A stretch of DNA of 64,000 nucleotides from Nitrosopumilus sp. (GTDB taxonomy: Archaea; Thermoproteota; Nitrososphaeria; Nitrososphaerales; Nitrosopumilaceae): assembly GCA_965249555.1 (NCBI GenBank), contig OZ252243.1, positions 1,888,001-1,952,000 of the forward strand. The letters are read 5' to 3'. The position numbers and the translations under genes are program-made. Shown piece after piece: positions 62,540 through 64,000 of the stretch (positions within the stretch are counted from its first letter, which is position 1; each line of letters opens with the position of its first letter). The notes beneath the pieces are model-generated. The model ran no database searches. It had not been told where the DNA came from and worked only from the letters and a program-made list of their open reading frames with translations.

Positions 62540-64000
62540 ATGACGAAGAAAATTAATAAAGAATCTGTAAACATAATAGATGAGAAAATATCTATTTTAA
62601 AGAAAAACTTTCCTGAATGCTTTATCGGGGGGGGGGGGGTTAAATTTTGATAGACTTAGAAACTCTTTAGGGGATCTGGTGGATACGGGGGATGAAAAAT
62701 ACACATTTTCTTGGGCTGGTAGGAAAGACACATTCGAAAATATTCAGACAACTAGCAAGGGAACACTTATTCCAGATAAATCTGAATCTGTAAACTTTGA
62801 TGATACGGAAAATCTTTTCATTGAGGGTGATAATTTGGAAGTCTTAAAATTATTGCATAAATCATTATTTCAAAAAGTTAAAATTATTTACATTGATCCC
62901 CCATACAATATAGGTAGTGATTTCATCTACAAAGACGATTTCAAAAAAGGTGTAAATAATTATCTGGAGCAGACAAATCAATCAAAAGACGGAATAACAT
63001 TAACCACAAATCCAGAAACATCTGGACGATTTCATTCTGATTGGATATCATTTATGTATGCAAGATTGTTTGTGGCTAAAAATTTACTTTCTGATGATGG
63101 TGTGATCTTTGTATCTATTGGTGACAATGAAGTTCATAATTTGAAATTTATAATGAATGATATATTCGGAGAAGAAAACTTGATATCAGAAGTTATTTGG
63201 CATAGCAAGTACACTACGTCAAATGATAAAAAACTCATATCTACACAGCATGAATATGTCATGATTTATGCAAAAAATATTCATAGAGCAAATTTCAACC
63301 TATTGCCACGTACAGAAAAAGCTGACAAGGATTACAAAAATCCAGACAACGATCCTCGTGGAAAATGGAAGCCCACACCAATACATGCAAAGAGTGGTAA
63401 AAATAATATAAAATATAATTTTACTAACATACGCAAGTTTGACGGCAAAAAAATACCCTCTTTTGTTTGGTCTGCACCAAAAGGAAGATATCCAAGATAT
63501 AGCAAAGAAACACTGGGAAGACTTGAGGCAGACAATAGAATAAGCTGTGGTATAAATGGAACAGGTGTGCCTAATTCCAAAACTTTTCTCAATGAAGTCC
63601 AACAAGGAATGGTATCAGGGTCTTTATGGAAATATGAGGATGTGGGACATACCCATGGAGCAAATGAGGAATTATCCGATTTGATAGGTAAGGGTGTTTT
63701 TGATAATCCAAAACCTGTGAAATTAATTAAAAGAATATTACAGTTATCAACAAATTCAAAAGGTAATGATATTGTATTGGATTTTTTTGCTGGCTCTGGA
63801 ACCACCGCACACTCTGTATTGGGATTAAACAAAGAAGATGGTGGAAATAGAAAATTTATTTGTGTTCAAATACCAGAAACAATAGAGGATGAACTAGAAA
63901 ACAAACCCACAATAGATTTCTTAAAAGAATTAAAAAAACCCATGAATATTTCCGAAATATGCAAGGAAAGAATAAGACGTGTTATCAAGAATCTAGATTC
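62540..64000 (+). CDS. mod: Type III R-M methyltransferase Mod, frameshifted at a G13 tract; runs off window
   Basis: NFPECF…, YTFSWAG, NLFIEGDNLEVLKLL, YIDPPYN (62895), DFFAGSGTTAH (63780). Confidence 0.93.
62627..62639 (+). repeat. Poly-G homopolymer G13 inside mod 5' coding region
   Basis: Seen directly; longest G/C run noticed in this AT-rich window. Confidence 0.97.

Noticed and set aside
63300-63832. Minus-strand ORFs of 101 and 166 aa
   Set aside because: Antisense shadows of the mod reading frame.

Overview
AT-rich chromosomal window of an ammonia-oxidising archaeon (Nitrosopumilaceae-like; evidence: PEFG-CTERM cupredoxin, TFB, archaeal EF-2, Rpo6, eS25/eS26, archaeal ThrRS, futalosine-pathway MqnE/MqnD). 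Housekeeping blocks (about 0.3-24.5 kb, 31.3-38.5 kb and 55.3-59.0 kb) alternate with three IS-rich, pseudogene-rich accessory regions (24.6-31.2, 38.5-55.0 and 59.1-64.0 kb). These carry IS3, IS982/IS5-like, IS6-like, IS110/IS1111 and IS66 elements or remnants, HicAB, a DUF5678/aspartyl-protease pair, secreted proteins and two restriction-modification loci. Most notable: (1) a Type III mod gene with an intragenic G13 tract that currently puts it out of frame, a candidate archaeal phasevarion; (2) a 13-bp tandem repeat in a leader ORF whose copy number decides whether the leader stops exactly at the start codon of a type IIG MTase/PLD-SNF2 operon; (3) a tRNA with a serine-type body but a Phe (GAA) anticodon; (4) an IS1111-type element with readable candidate bridge/seek-RNA guides; (5) a 9.3-kb defence island bounded by IS6-like inverted repeats. 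Family assignments come from motif recognition by eye, not database searches.
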